Assembly (NCBI GenBank): GCA_019828565.1
Contig: JAHDYR010000005.1
Coordinates: 583,200-647,199, forward strand
Source of the DNA: Carpediemonas membranifera BICM
Lineage: Eukaryota > Protista > Fornicata
Direction of reading: 5' to 3'
DNA length: 64,000 nt
Positions 29,844 through 41,300 of the stretch are shown here, piece by piece. The notes under the pieces are model-generated. The model had not been told where the DNA came from and did not search any database. It saw only the letters and a program-made list of their open reading frames with translations. The position numbers and the translations under genes are program-made. Position 1 is the first letter of the stretch. Every line of letters starts with the position of its first letter.

Positions 29844-30692
29844 TCAGAAGCCCTGCAGACTGTCGTTGAGGAACTGCTCAGCGATGAGTCGCAGCGCCAT
29901 GGGTTCGAGAGGGCCAAACTCCGAGACCACGTCGCTCTTCTCGTATGCGAACTCGATGCGACTGATCTCGGGGTCCGCGAGCAGCTTCTCCATGTCGAAG
30001 TCAGGTGGCAGCAGGCCCTGAGCGGCCCCGGATTCCACGAAGTCGATAAACTGCTCCTTGGTCTCCTCGGGTCCATAATCGCCCGCATGCTGGCCGTATG
30101 TGCCGATGAGCTCACCGCGCCAGACGTAGCTGTCCTCTACCCGCATTACAAAGGCCATGATGAGCTTCATGTGGACCTGGGCGGGGGTCAGGCCCTTGTA
30201 CCACCAGGACGGGTCGCCACTGCTGGCCTGCACCAGGGGAACATCCTTGGCCTTATGGATAGCGATGCCGCTCGTGCTTACCCTGGGCTTGAGGTCCTTC
30301 AGCATCATCGTAATCACGGGGTATGTCTTAGTGGCGCTCGCGGGGAGGGCGCTGAGGATATCATACGCCTCCTTGTAGCTCGAACGCTTGTCCAGGATGA
30401 TGGCAAGGCGGACCTGGGCTTTGAGGTTATCCGCCTGCACCGCAAGGCACTCGCGGACATCCTTCTCGGCCATCGGGAAGTCCTTGCGGAGAAGATAGAG
30501 TTGGGACCGGTTAAGGTACAACGTTGCCTTCAGATCATCGTCAGGGCACACCTTAATGCCGTCAGAGTAGTGCTTGAGCGCCAGGTCGAATCTCTTCTGC
30601 GCATAGGCCTTGTTTCCCTTTTCCTTCAAGGAAAATGCGAGAACGACGTCACTCTGGGCTGAATCGTCAGGGAGCTGAACTGGCTGCGACAT
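29844..30692 (-). CDS. TPR-repeat protein (three N-terminal TPRs)
   Basis: LKEKGNKAY...ALKHYSDGI...LYLNRSQ; probable start MSQPVQ at 30692, 8 nt inside the inverted repeat boundary. Confidence 0.8.
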   Translation of the reverse strand: MSQPVQLPDDSAQSDVVLAFSLKEKGNKAYAQKRFDLALKHYSDGIKVCPDDDLKATLYLNRSQLYLLRKDFPMAEKDVRECLAVQADNLKAQVRLAIILDKRSSYKEAYDILSALPASATKTYPVITMMLKDLKPRVSTSGIAIHKAKDVPLVQASSGDPSWWYKGLTPAQVHMKLIMAFVMRVEDSYVWRGELIGTYGQHAGDYGPEETKEQFIDFVESGAAQGLLPPDFDMEKLLADPEISRIEFAYEKSDVVSEFGPLEPMALRLIAEQFLNDSLQGF

Positions 30693-30700
30693 TAATGCGG

Positions 30701-32032
30701 CTGATCGAGGGATGCAGATGAGACGTCCTTGCGCAGGATTGCGTCCGAGTCGCCACGAGTGAGTTGCGTGGCGGGGACAGTAACAACGCGCCCTAGACCA
30801 AGCCGATCGACGTCCCATGCCGTTTCTGAGAGGTGGAATGCTCGCGCGAGTGACAGCGACCTCGAACGCCTGCCCAGCGTGCAAAACCATGACACGCCCG
30901 CACGCCGATAAACAGCCTTACTCCCGCACATTCCACACGCAAACAGAATCACTCGGTGCCGACGCATGCCCAGCTCCTGTCACAGGACCATCACTGGCAC
31001 CTGCGCGCGCCGATCAATGTGCACTTTAGGTCACACTTCGAAACGCATCGGCAGGTGTCGGAGCCGTTTCGGACCTGACCGGATCGCGAGACGAGGATTT
31101 ACCCGGGTCTGTCATAAGAGCTCGGGGAAGCCACCCGAAGTAAATACTCGCCCCCCCCCCATTTTGGTTGGACTTAAGAGGAGGGCTCTCTGTTATAGAG
31201 CCACACTTTGTGGACCGCACGCCGCGCCACAGGACGGCAAAAGCTCTCGTCGCCTCGCGCTCAGCACTGCCGTCCCAGTTGCCACCGCCCTCGGGGCCTG
31301 CTGGCTGCTGTGTTCCCACCCTCGCCCGATCCAGCCCTCACCATCGACCTGGGGCCGCCGATTCCTCGCGCGGTACCATGCCGAAGGGCTGCTCAACTGG
31401 GACAGTGCCTTCCACACGCTCAACTTCGTTCGCTGCGGCCACGATTGCTCGTTGACAGCGTATAGCCGGCCAGATGCTATGCCGGCTGGCGCGGTGGGCG
31501 GAGGTGTGCGCGGCGCGGAGACACGCGGGGGCAGCATTATCGCACAGCCAGGCGTCGAAGGGTGCGGCAGGAGGCGGGCGGGGCCGGCAGACCGCCTGCT
31601 GCGCGGCTGCACCCGCCGCTGTGGCGTGGCCTTTCCTGGCAAAACGCCGATCGTGCGCATGAGAAGGCAGGACGCGGCGGAAGGCTGGCACTGCACCAAT
31701 AGACGTTGACTGCTCGCGTGCAGCGGCCATCTAACGGGGCACTCGCTGTATCCTGCTCAGCGCCTTCACGAACGCCTCTGCGAACGCGCCCTGACACGAC
31801 AGAACTGCCCGCAGCCGGAATAACCGACAGAAAATGCTTTTGCTCAGACTATACACGCTCATGAGGGTTGCACGTACCGTGAACCGCGTCCACGCGCTCC
31901 CCGGCAAGCTTCGTCGCCGCCGATGAGGCTGGCACACGACCTCAACAGTAAACAGCGCTTTGCGATGGCTCATGTGTGCTCTATGCCGCTTTCTGGTGGC
32001 CACAGCAGCAGAAATGCGGCGCAAGTGGGTCG
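30701..32032 (-). repeat. Right arm of the inverted duplication of 25496-26588, interrupted by a Ngaro solo remnant
   Basis: Direct sequence comparison. Confidence 0.92.
30975..31214 (+). mobile_element. 240-bp solo A-spacer-B remnant of the Ngaro element
   Basis: Matches 22857-23093 except poly-C length (10 vs 7) and one T>C change; inserted between CCCAGC and CCGCAC with no TSD. Confidence 0.93.
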
Positions 32033-32086
32033 AGATTGGCTAAGCGTTTACAAGGTGCATCAAGCTAGGCTCTAGGGGCCAATAAA

Positions 32087-32833
32087 CTACACGTTATCGC
32101 GGAGGAGCTGCTCCACACGGGCCAGCTCTGCGTCCCCCAGCCCCACCGACGCCCTGCTGCGACCAGCGCTACCCCCGCTGGCCTCAGCGAACCAGGGCGA
32201 CACGATGATGCTACCGATTGGGTTCCACAGGAACGCATAGGCCCGCTCGTCAATGGAGATGACGCGATCGTACCCCAGGGGGTTGAACATGCTCGTAGGC
32301 TTGATAAAGTGCGACCGCAGGCCGGCCTTGGTGAGGCGTCGGTGTCGGATTGCGAAGGTCCGATCGAGTGTCGCGATCACGTTGTTGCCCGAATCACCGA
32401 ACACACACCGCACCGCCGTGGCCAGTGCATCCGCGTTGAGGGTCGACCAGACCGCGATGTCGAACCCCAGCTCGCCGAGTGCCGTTAGCAGCTGGTCGAC
32501 CCCGGGCCTGAGGGCGGGGGGCTGCTGGGTCGGGTCCAGGAGGACGTGGCGGACCTCGAGGACGGCCAACTTGGTCGAGGCCTTCTTCTGCAGGATGGAC
32601 TGCTGTTCGATCATTACTCGGAACTGCTTACTGCGGGGACCAAAGCCCGAGTCGTTCGTCGGGCGGGGGGCAGGGAAGCAGTGTTCCAGCCGCTCCACGA
32701 AATGGATGTCGGGCTCATCGTTGAACGTCACACTGCGGGTGCGGCGTAGTTCGCACTTGCTCTGCTTTTCTGCACTCTTTCGTGGTTCGCTGTTCGAAGG
32801 GGCCTTCAGAATCGAGTTCATCTCTTTCCCCAT
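32087..32833 (-). CDS. NIF/FCP1-like (CTD small phosphatase family) domain protein with degenerate catalytic motif
   Basis: LRPGVDQLL..L, FDIAVWST, IKP, RVISIDE, F..NP..SIIVSPW; DxDxT position reads LEVRHVL. Confidence 0.7.
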   Translation of the reverse strand: MGKEMNSILKAPSNSEPRKSAEKQSKCELRRTRSVTFNDEPDIHFVERLEHCFPAPRPTNDSGFGPRSKQFRVMIEQQSILQKKASTKLAVLEVRHVLLDPTQQPPALRPGVDQLLTALGELGFDIAVWSTLNADALATAVRCVFGDSGNNVIATLDRTFAIRHRRLTKAGLRSHFIKPTSMFNPLGYDRVISIDERAYAFLWNPIGSIIVSPWFAEASGGSAGRSRASVGLGDAELARVEQLLRDNV

Positions 32834-33120
32834 GCGATTATTGCTGTTGATTGTTTCGCGTTGCGGTCTCTCAGCGCTATCTGTAGCAGATTCCCATGCG
32901 AACTGTGAGTCCAGCTTACAGCGGTGCCGTGACTGAGCAAGATGAGACTGTAAACAGCACTATTACGAGCATAAGGCCCGTTCAAAGGAGATGTAGTGTC
33001 AAATGGGCCCACAGGCACCCATCACCATGTCCAACGTTCTGAACCATAAGCGGAACTCGCCCGCTGAGTGGATCAATTTGAACCTCAAGCACAGTATAAA
33101 GGCAACACTTACCGCATTGT

Positions 33121-35964
33121 TTACCGCGCCTTGCGCTTACCAGGCCCCACAGCCTCCTTCTCGGCGACCCTGGTCCGGCTGATGGCGTGCATCGCCCGGA
33201 GCCCGGCGACGTTGACCCCGACAGTCTCGCGGCGTCGGGCCAGCTGTGCCCGACCCGCCTTCTGGATGTCATTGAGCAGCTTGCGGGTGTCGTCGTTGAG
33301 TCTAAACTGCTCCTGGTGGTGTTGCAGCATCATGAGCACCATGACCAGGCCGGGCTCGACCCCGGACCCGGCCCGCACCCAGTCCAGCACGTACTGCAGC
33401 ACAGAGGTGGCCAGACCGAGGGGGAGGTGGCTGATGACCGTCTCCCGGTTGGCCGGCGTGATCTGATCCCATCGGAACCGGACGTACCCGGCCGGGGACC
33501 GGCCTAGGAGTATAGGCGAGTCCATGTCCCCTGAGGCTACAAGAGCGTCGGCCTGCTGGATGCTCTCCTGGAAGATGTCGGACGCATCGAGGGACGAGAT
33601 GTTGTCGACACGCACCCGGGCCGCGAACTGCCCCACCGCACGCAGCCCGCCGACTGCCCGCTTCCGCATCTCCTCCTCCTCCTCGAGGGCCTGCTGCTCG
33701 AGCCTCAGGTCGTCCAGGACGACGGGAGTCTCCGACTCCACCCAGAGTCGAATAGACCGGTCCTCGCCGGCCGTGACGACGACGCGGCCCGTGTGGAGGA
33801 CGGTCATCGCACGGACGGGGGCGTCGTGGCCGTACAGCCGCTGGTACTCGGTGAACCCGTCGGCGTCCCACAGCCGGAGCACGCCCTCGCCCCCGGCCGA
33901 CGCGACGTGGTGGGTGCCAGGGAGGAAGCAGACCGCGAACACGGCCTTGAGGGCGTTGAACGACTTGAGACACTCACCCGTGCGGGGGTCCCACAGGTTG
34001 ACCCGACGATCCTGCGACCCGGTCGCCAGCAGGTCCCCGTCGCTGCTGTAGTCCATCGCCTGCACCGGCGTCGTCTGCCGGCCGTACAGCGTCAGACGGG
34101 GCTGTAGACTGGTCACGCCGTCCTCCTCGACCGGGGCGGCGATACGGACGGTGCCGTCGAGCAGGGCGATGGCGACGGCACCCCTACTGGATACAGCGAG
34201 GGCCGTCACGGGGTCGGTCACGCGGTACTCCCACGCCAGCGCCAGGCCGTGTGTCTCGACGCCCTTGTGCACGCGACGCTCGACCACCCACTTCCGGACG
34301 CTGTTGTCGGCACTCCCGCTGACGAACCCGTCCGCGGTGGGAACGAGAGAGCTGACCCTGCCGTTGTGGGCCTTGCCATCGTCCAGGGGCCAGACGGTGT
34401 CGAGGGTCGCGGCGCTGACGAGACGCACGTGGCCCTCCTCGAACCCCACCGCAACGTGGGACGAGTCAGGGGTGAAGGCGACGTTGAGCGCCTTGCCGGA
34501 GCTGAACGAGACGGTTCCCCTCAGCCGGCCGAGCCCCGTGTCGCCGAGGGACCACAGCCGCAGTTCCCGGGCGCTGATCGTCGCGGCCAGCGTGCCCTGG
34601 GGCGCGACGGCCACACCACTGATGGTGGCACGGTGACCCTGTCGGGAGAGCCCATCGAGGTCGGTCTCCTCGAAGTCCAGGCGCCTGTCGCCGTCCTCCT
34701 CGACCTCCTCCACCTGCAGCCGCTGGTTCTTGGTGATCTTAAAGTGCACCGTCGTTCTTGTGACGCTGTTGCGGTCAGTGGCGAGGTAGGCGGTGGCGGT
34801 CGCACGCTGATGCCTCATGACCATCGTCGTCGCCGCCCCGTTCAGCTTCTCTCTCGTCTCCAGCTTCAACCGGCGGCCGGGCGCGGGGTCGATAAGCCCA
34901 GCCTCCGCCTCGTCCAGCAGCTCGCTGTCGGGCCGGGCGTCGTCCGGGCGGCGTGTGACCTTGGGGTCGACGAGCTGCAGCAGGTCCAGCCCCTGTTCCC
35001 GTGTCACAGAGAGCAGGGTGGCGGGGCCGGCACCGCTGACGGCCATGGCCACGACCCTGCCGCTGCTGAGGGTGCAGGGGACGGGCATGACGTCGACAAT
35101 GGCCCCTGCCCTCTCTGGGGCGTCGTCCAGCGTGGACCGGGCCCGCTTGGCCGAGGCGGGGAGCTCGATGCGGTGGAGCTGCAGGTCCCTGTCGGTCTCG
35201 CTGCCGGTGAGCACGTAATGGCGGGTGTGGTGGGTCTGGACGTCCTTCCCGCCCCTCTTGGAGTTGACCGTGAACCGGGCTGTGAACACCGCGGCCGCAG
35301 TAACCCCGCTCATGTGCACAGTGGCCTTGGTGGCGACACACCGCTCGGGCTGAACCGCAATGTCCCACAGCTTGAGGGCGCGGTCCCGGGAGCCGCTAAG
35401 GATCGTCGTCGGCGTCACGAAGCGCACCACATGCACCTTGTCGGTGTGGCCGACGAGTCTAGCCTGCCCAGGCTGGTCTGGGTTGCCTAGGTCCCACAGA
35501 ATGATGTCGCCATTCATAGAGGCCGACACCAGGCGGGTCCCGTCGGGGGAGAACGCGAGGTCCAGCACCCGGGAGACGTGCATCGAGAACAAGTGACGTT
35601 CCTCAAAGCAGAAACCACACGCATTGTCGCTGGGCGTGGCCTCAACCATCCTGATCGTGCCTCGGTCATAGCCAACGGCGAAAAGGGCGTTCGAATCACT
35701 CTTGGGGTCACTTGGAAGCCACATACGAACAATAGAGACAGTCTCACGCCCCTCTGAGAAACTGGCAACCTCTGTAGAAGTCTGCAGGTCCCAGGCAATC
35801 AACTTCTTGAGCGCACCGGTCACCAGAAATGACTTCTTCGCCTTACCTTCACCCCGTGTGTACAGACAGGGATTAGACGAAGAAACGACGCCAAACTCAT
35901 CCTCTTGAGCGAAGCTCAAGTACTGTCTGGCCACCATTTCCCTTTCGCGCAGATTAAGACCCAT
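33121..35964 (-). CDS. UTP12: U3 snoRNP WD40 protein Utp12/Dip2/WDR3
   Basis: N-terminal QYLSF...FGVVSSS, many WD40 repeats, LTLYG..., C-terminal Utp12 domain (SHLPL..A..VL, RETVGVNVAGL). Confidence 0.8.
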   Translation of the reverse strand: MGLNLREREMVARQYLSFAQEDEFGVVSSSNPCLYTRGEGKAKKSFLVTGALKKLIAWDLQTSTEVASFSEGRETVSIVRMWLPSDPKSDSNALFAVGYDRGTIRMVEATPSDNACGFCFEERHLFSMHVSRVLDLAFSPDGTRLVSASMNGDIILWDLGNPDQPGQARLVGHTDKVHVVRFVTPTTILSGSRDRALKLWDIAVQPERCVATKATVHMSGVTAAAVFTARFTVNSKRGGKDVQTHHTRHYVLTGSETDRDLQLHRIELPASAKRARSTLDDAPERAGAIVDVMPVPCTLSSGRVVAMAVSGAGPATLLSVTREQGLDLLQLVDPKVTRRPDDARPDSELLDEAEAGLIDPAPGRRLKLETREKLNGAATTMVMRHQRATATAYLATDRNSVTRTTVHFKITKNQRLQVEEVEEDGDRRLDFEETDLDGLSRQGHRATISGVAVAPQGTLAATISARELRLWSLGDTGLGRLRGTVSFSSGKALNVAFTPDSSHVAVGFEEGHVRLVSAATLDTVWPLDDGKAHNGRVSSLVPTADGFVSGSADNSVRKWVVERRVHKGVETHGLALAWEYRVTDPVTALAVSSRGAVAIALLDGTVRIAAPVEEDGVTSLQPRLTLYGRQTTPVQAMDYSSDGDLLATGSQDRRVNLWDPRTGECLKSFNALKAVFAVCFLPGTHHVASAGGEGVLRLWDADGFTEYQRLYGHDAPVRAMTVLHTGRVVVTAGEDRSIRLWVESETPVVLDDLRLEQQALEEEEEMRKRAVGGLRAVGQFAARVRVDNISSLDASDIFQESIQQADALVASGDMDSPILLGRSPAGYVRFRWDQITPANRETVISHLPLGLATSVLQYVLDWVRAGSGVEPGLVMVLMMLQHHQEQFRLNDDTRKLLNDIQKAGRAQLARRRETVGVNVAGLRAMHAISRTRVAEKEAVGPGKRKAR

Positions 35965-36090
35965 GTCGATGATCCGGGCCGAAAACGCGTTTACCGCATG
36001 TGTTGGGGGCAGCCAGTGCCCCATCTTCCCCGTTGGGTGGCCTGCAGACATTTTTGGGCGAAATCCTTGGTAGTTCAAACACAACGAACA

Positions 36091-38253
36091 ATGAATGAAA
36101 AGGCCTCCAGCTCGCACGTGACGCCTGTAATGAGGTCACTTAGCGTTATAACTGAAGGACCGATGCGCCGTAGATCGATTTCGCCGGCGCCGAAGAGTGC
36201 CACAGATCAGTCCCACGCCAAGTTTTCCCTATCCGCCAGCTCCTCGTCTGAAATGCGGCGTAACAGCACGGCAGCGATGCTCCAGCAGCTGCGAAGGAAC
36301 AGCATGCTTATGACCGGCGTGATCAGCCCGTCAGCGAGGTCTGAGACGCCCCAGAGCGACGTGCCCCAGAGCCCTGTCCAAGAGGAGCTCCACTCCGACA
36401 ACGACGGCGACAACCTCGCAGAGGAGAGCAAGGTACGCGAGGCAGTGCGGGCGTCGATCGAGGGTCTGCGGGAGAAGGACAAGCGGGCGAACCCGTACAC
36501 GAAGCTCGTCGGCACTCTGGGCGAGGGGGGAACGAAGGCCAGTACTCTGGTGGCCCTCAGCACCCTGCAGGCCTCAGACTTCACCCAGAGCCGCAACCAA
36601 GCACTGTTCCTGCATGCGGATGGGCTGAAGCGACTGGTCCGCATGATCGGGTCGAGTGACGACGTCAAGGCAAGGGTCGAGGCCCTTACCCTCATGGCCG
36701 CACTGGCCCAGACGCCTGAGATGCGGACTTCCATCATCGACCAGGACGGCATGGAGACCGTCGTGGCGCTGCTGGGGGACGAGCGGACTCCCGCCCCCGT
36801 CATCGATAGGGCCTTGGCCGTGACGGCAGAGTGTGCCGTGCAGCACAGCCTGCGCCGCGAGGTCCGCCTGAAACATGGCCTACCCCTCGTGCTCGGATTC
36901 CTCAAGCCCAAGTCGAAGCGCCATGCCACGCTGCCCCTCGAGGCGTCCCGGGCGATGGCGGCGCTGCTCGAGTCCAAGGCCAACCGGTCTGTGGTGATCG
37001 GGCTGGGCGGGGTGGCTACGATCACGGGGCTGGCCAACGGGGCCATGCATGACCTCACAGACGAGCGGAAGCAGGTCGTCGCCCACTGCATGCGGTGTCT
37101 GCGCCAGTTCATCGTGACCCACCCCGACGCCCTCTCCTCCACCGCTGTCAGCGACACCGTGCTCAGCGTGCTCAGTCAGGTCGACTACCCCCCGGCCCTC
37201 GAGCACGCTGCGGCCCTCATGGCCGACCTCTCGAAGCACACCGAGGTCCAGGGCATCGTACACCGCAGCAAGGGCGTGTCGTCGCTGTGCAGGCTGGTTG
37301 ACCGGCCCGGCCCCCTGACGTCCCAGGCGCTGACGGCGCTGACCCACCTCGCCGAGTACCCGCCCAACCGGAAGGCCATGATCCAGAACAAGCTGCCCCC
37401 CACCCTCGCCTCCCTGCTCAAGCACCACGACGAGGTGCTCGTCGGCAACGCCGCGCTGCTAATCTCCGCGCTCGCCCAGAACGAGGAGGGCCGGAACGCC
37501 ATCAAGCGGTCCGGCAGCCTCTCGATGCTCGTCGGCCACCTCAAGGCGATCAACCCAAAGCTCCTCAGCGACGTCTCGACTGCCCTGGCAACGATGGGAC
37601 GCGACCCAAAGGCTGCCGACGAGATCGTCAAGGCGGACGGCATCCGGCTGCTGTGGTCCCTGCTGAAGATGGAGGACCCCGCTGTCGTCGCCGCAGCGGC
37701 CTCTGCCCTCGTGCCGCTGCTCGAGCCCGTCGCCCGCAGCGCCATGGTCGGCCGCACCTTCCACGGCGGGCCCTTCATCGTGGCTTCGTTGTTCAAGAGC
37801 ACGAACGAGGCCGTGCTGGGCTATGCCTGCGCCCTCGTGTCGCAGCTGGTGAAGGACCCTGAGAACTGCCTGATCATGACCGAGCTTGGGGTTATTGATG
37901 ATCTCTGCAGATTGGTCCGTATCACAAAATCTGATCTGATACGGCAGCATGCGGCGAATGCTCTGGGCTATATGGCCGATTCTGGGTCTAACCGCGAGTA
38001 CATCGGCCAGCAGGACGTGCTGCAGCCGCTGGTCCGCTTCCTCACGGACACAGCAGACGAGGCGGTTCACAGGGCAACCGCCCACGCCCTCAGCAGCCTC
38101 GCGTCGAACGCGGACAACGCCATGGTGCTGCGGGACGTCGGGGCGCACATCCCGCTGGTGAAGCTGATGGCGTGCGACGACGAGGTCGCCCAGATGGCGG
38201 CGGCCGACGCTGTGCGGCAGCTCAGGATCCACTACGTCGCCAGGATGCACTAA
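36091..38253 (+). CDS. ARMC4: Armadillo-repeat outer dynein arm docking protein ARMC4/ODAD2
   Basis: DGIRLLWSLLK, F.GG...SLFKS.N..VL, KDPEN, PLVRFL...VHRATA.AL, QMAAA..VRQLR; start uncertain. Confidence 0.8.
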   Translation: MNEKASSSHVTPVMRSLSVITEGPMRRRSISPAPKSATDQSHAKFSLSASSSSEMRRNSTAAMLQQLRRNSMLMTGVISPSARSETPQSDVPQSPVQEELHSDNDGDNLAEESKVREAVRASIEGLREKDKRANPYTKLVGTLGEGGTKASTLVALSTLQASDFTQSRNQALFLHADGLKRLVRMIGSSDDVKARVEALTLMAALAQTPEMRTSIIDQDGMETVVALLGDERTPAPVIDRALAVTAECAVQHSLRREVRLKHGLPLVLGFLKPKSKRHATLPLEASRAMAALLESKANRSVVIGLGGVATITGLANGAMHDLTDERKQVVAHCMRCLRQFIVTHPDALSSTAVSDTVLSVLSQVDYPPALEHAAALMADLSKHTEVQGIVHRSKGVSSLCRLVDRPGPLTSQALTALTHLAEYPPNRKAMIQNKLPPTLASLLKHHDEVLVGNAALLISALAQNEEGRNAIKRSGSLSMLVGHLKAINPKLLSDVSTALATMGRDPKAADEIVKADGIRLLWSLLKMEDPAVVAAAASALVPLLEPVARSAMVGRTFHGGPFIVASLFKSTNEAVLGYACALVSQLVKDPENCLIMTELGVIDDLCRLVRITKSDLIRQHAANALGYMADSGSNREYIGQQDVLQPLVRFLTDTADEAVHRATAHALSSLASNADNAMVLRDVGAHIPLVKLMACDDEVAQMAAADAVRQLRIHYVARMH

Positions 38254-38301
38254 TTACTGACTAAATATCGGATAGGCACCGTATTTACTATGCGGGTCGA
38301 C

Positions 38302-41300
38302 TCACTCGACGGTCTCTGCCATCTCTATGGCGGCCCACTCGATCTCTGGCAGCTCGACCAGCTCTCCAAGGTCTGCGACGAGCGTCCTGAGTCCCTTCAC
38401 ACACTCGACGTGGAAGGGAACACGATCGGGCGGGACGATGGCCTTGCCGACCTTGAGCGTCTCGAAGGACACCGTGACGAGCTCCACCAACCGAGTCTTG
38501 AGGTCAGCAAGCCTCTCATCCCCGTCAGGAGACTTCAGGAACGCCCTCGCCGTCTCCGCCGGCCCGGCGTTGACCTGGACCCGGACGGACCCTGCGACGA
38601 TGATCTGGAGCGAGTCGATCTCTGGGGGCTCGCGTTCAGCCTCGCCCCGCAGCTTAGCGATCTGTGCCTCAAGCGTGCTGATGGACGTCTGGAGGGGGTC
38701 GATCGTCAGCGAGAACTTCGCCTCTACGACAGACCGCTTGCTGATGGCCGGCAGCGACACGGTCGTGCGTAGCACGGTGAGGATCGACCCTAGATTACTC
38801 GGGGTGGCAGTTGACAGCTTGCCACCACCGACGACGTAGGGGTTCTCGTAGAAGAAGTGCGTCACGCCCGTCTTGGCCTCGAACGCGTTCCGGGGCTGCG
38901 GAATGGTGGTCCCGTCGACAGTGCCGAAAAAGGGCTTGACTGTCGTCAGCTGGAGATAGGCTTTGTCGGGGTCGAGCTCAGCGGGGTTGAGCGGCTTGCC
39001 CTCGGTCACCATGACCAGTTTGGGACCAAGCTGCTGCCCCCAGAAGTCCTGCAAACGGCCCTTGATCTCCGGCAGCCGGCACAGGCCGGACTCGCGGTAT
39101 ATGTACTCCTTGCCGTCGTTGAGGGGTCCGAAGGCCGCGCCGAAGAAGCCAACGCGGTAGAACGTGCCGATCGGCCGCTCGCCGTGCAGCCCCGCGACCG
39201 CCCGGATGTGCGTGGCGACGCCGACGAGGTCCGTCTGGACGCGGACGAGCTCGTCGAAGCGGCCGAAGTGCATGCAGAGCTGGGCGGCCGTCGTCAGCAC
39301 CGTGTGGGCGAACTCGTACAGCTGGCTGTCCGAGAACCGGCGTGCGGCCTGGGACAGCAGGGCCACGACGGTGCCCTCGTCCGAGCCCTCGCTCAGGAGC
39401 TGGGCGTCCGCCTCGAGCTGCACGGGCATGTCGGGGACAACGGGAGAAAGGTGCCGCCGCAGGGCCTCCGCCAGGCTGAGCTCGTCCCCGAAGGCGCTCA
39501 TGGCGGGCGGAGCGGGCACGGAAAGCATCTCCGCGGTGAGGGCGGCGACGTACAGTACCGCGATGCCAGCCTCGACCATGGGGCGCTTTGTAGTGACCTC
39601 GAGGTGGCGGTTGAGCTCGTCCTCGGGCATCTTGGCGATCTTCTCGAGCTCGGCGGCGGTCGGAGTCGGGTCGAGGTGCTCGACGAGCATGTTAAGGTTG
39701 GCTGCCCTCAGGGCTGGGGTCGCGCTGTACCCATCCGCGATCCTCAGATACATGTCGGCCAGCGTCTCCGGGTCTTGGGCGCCGCCGCTCTCGACGACGA
39801 CCGTATCGTGGACGATGGTGGCGAGGGTCTCCGTCATTGACCGCACGGCCGCCTGGAACAGCGGGTGATTGGGCAGCTTCGTGTCGACCTCGCTGTACGC
39901 CGACAGCGCTGCGAAGCTGGCCCGGACTTGGTCGTCCGCGTCCGTGATGAGGCTGCTGAGGGCACTGAGGCCTGTGATCATCTGGAACTTGACGCGGTTG
40001 ATCTGCCGCATCTCACGGTAGTTGCCCCGCACCAGCGTGTACAGCAGCTGCACGCCGGCCCGACGGTGGTCTGCTGACTTCGACCCCAGTAGCCGCAGTC
40101 CCACGCCAACCAGCGTCCGGGTGTACTCAGCACCCGCACCCCGGAAGAGCTGATCACTGGCGACGTCGCACAGCTGCTGGATGAGGATGGGCAGACGTCG
40201 GGCTGCGATGTCGGATAGCTCGGCACCGGCGACGACGCAAACAGTGTCCAGCACGACCGTGGCGACGGCGGGGGTGGCCATGGCGGGGCCTGTAGCAGTG
40301 AGGATCTCGGACATCACGTGCATCACGCTCAGCAGCGCCTCGCCCGCGGGGGACTCGGTGCGGTCCGCGGGGACAAGCGCCCCGTTGACGGTGCCCATCT
40401 GGGTCGTGTGCATCGAGAGCGTCGGCCGGGACTGCTTGCTAGACCTCGACCCCCGCAGTGTGGACTGGGAGCCGCGGGAGAGTGTGCCGCGGCCCCGGAC
40501 CATGTTTCGGTACTTGGCCTCGAGCTCGGCCTTGGCGTCAAGGGCTGCTGGTACGCCGTCGCCGATCCGTGACTCGCGCTTGACGGCCTGCTGCCTGCTG
40601 TAGGAGAAGAGGCGGACGCTGTCTGTGAGGATTCGGGAGACGGATGCGAGCTGGGCTGGGCTGGCCTGTGCCAGCGTGTCCCAGAGCAGTTGCTGCTCGA
40701 TGCTTGTCAGGATCCACAGGGCGGACTGCAAAACCAGCTCCTGCGACTCCACTAACGACTGCGAGATGTCCCGAGCAAAGGCCGTCGTATAGTGGTCCAG
40801 AATGGTCAACAGGATCGGGTAGAAGAGCGTCGCCACGCTCGCCTTGAGCGGCAGCATCACGATGTCGTTGCCGTAGCGGACGTCCGCGCGATGCAGCACC
40901 TCGTGGAGCAGGTGGGCGCTGCCCAGACGGACTGTGGTCTTCGTCGACAGCAAACCCCTCTTGACCTCCTCGGCCAGGATTCCGGGCAGCCTCTGGTCCT
41001 GAGAGAGCACGGAGACGGCGTTCCTGACGGACACGACGGCGCCCTTGACTTTGGTGTGCCCGAGCCGGAGGGGCACCGGGTGAGACAGCTGGACGAGCAG
41101 GGGGTGGCTGAATATGACGCGGAGGAATTCAGACCGGGAGTCGCTGATACCAGACGCCTCTCCGTCGTCCCAGACACCGCGTTGGTTGAGGACGTCCGCG
41201 ATGAGGCCGAAGATCTTGCCGTGGTCGCACGTGTACATGAGATCGTACAGGAAGAGCGCCGTAGACGTCGCCAGTGCCTTGAGGTCCGTCAGGCCGAGCG

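Noticed and set aside
30693-30890. N-terminal extension of the TPR ORF to 30890
   Set aside because: Comes from the duplicated repeat; the protein-like sequence starts at MSQPVQ (30692)
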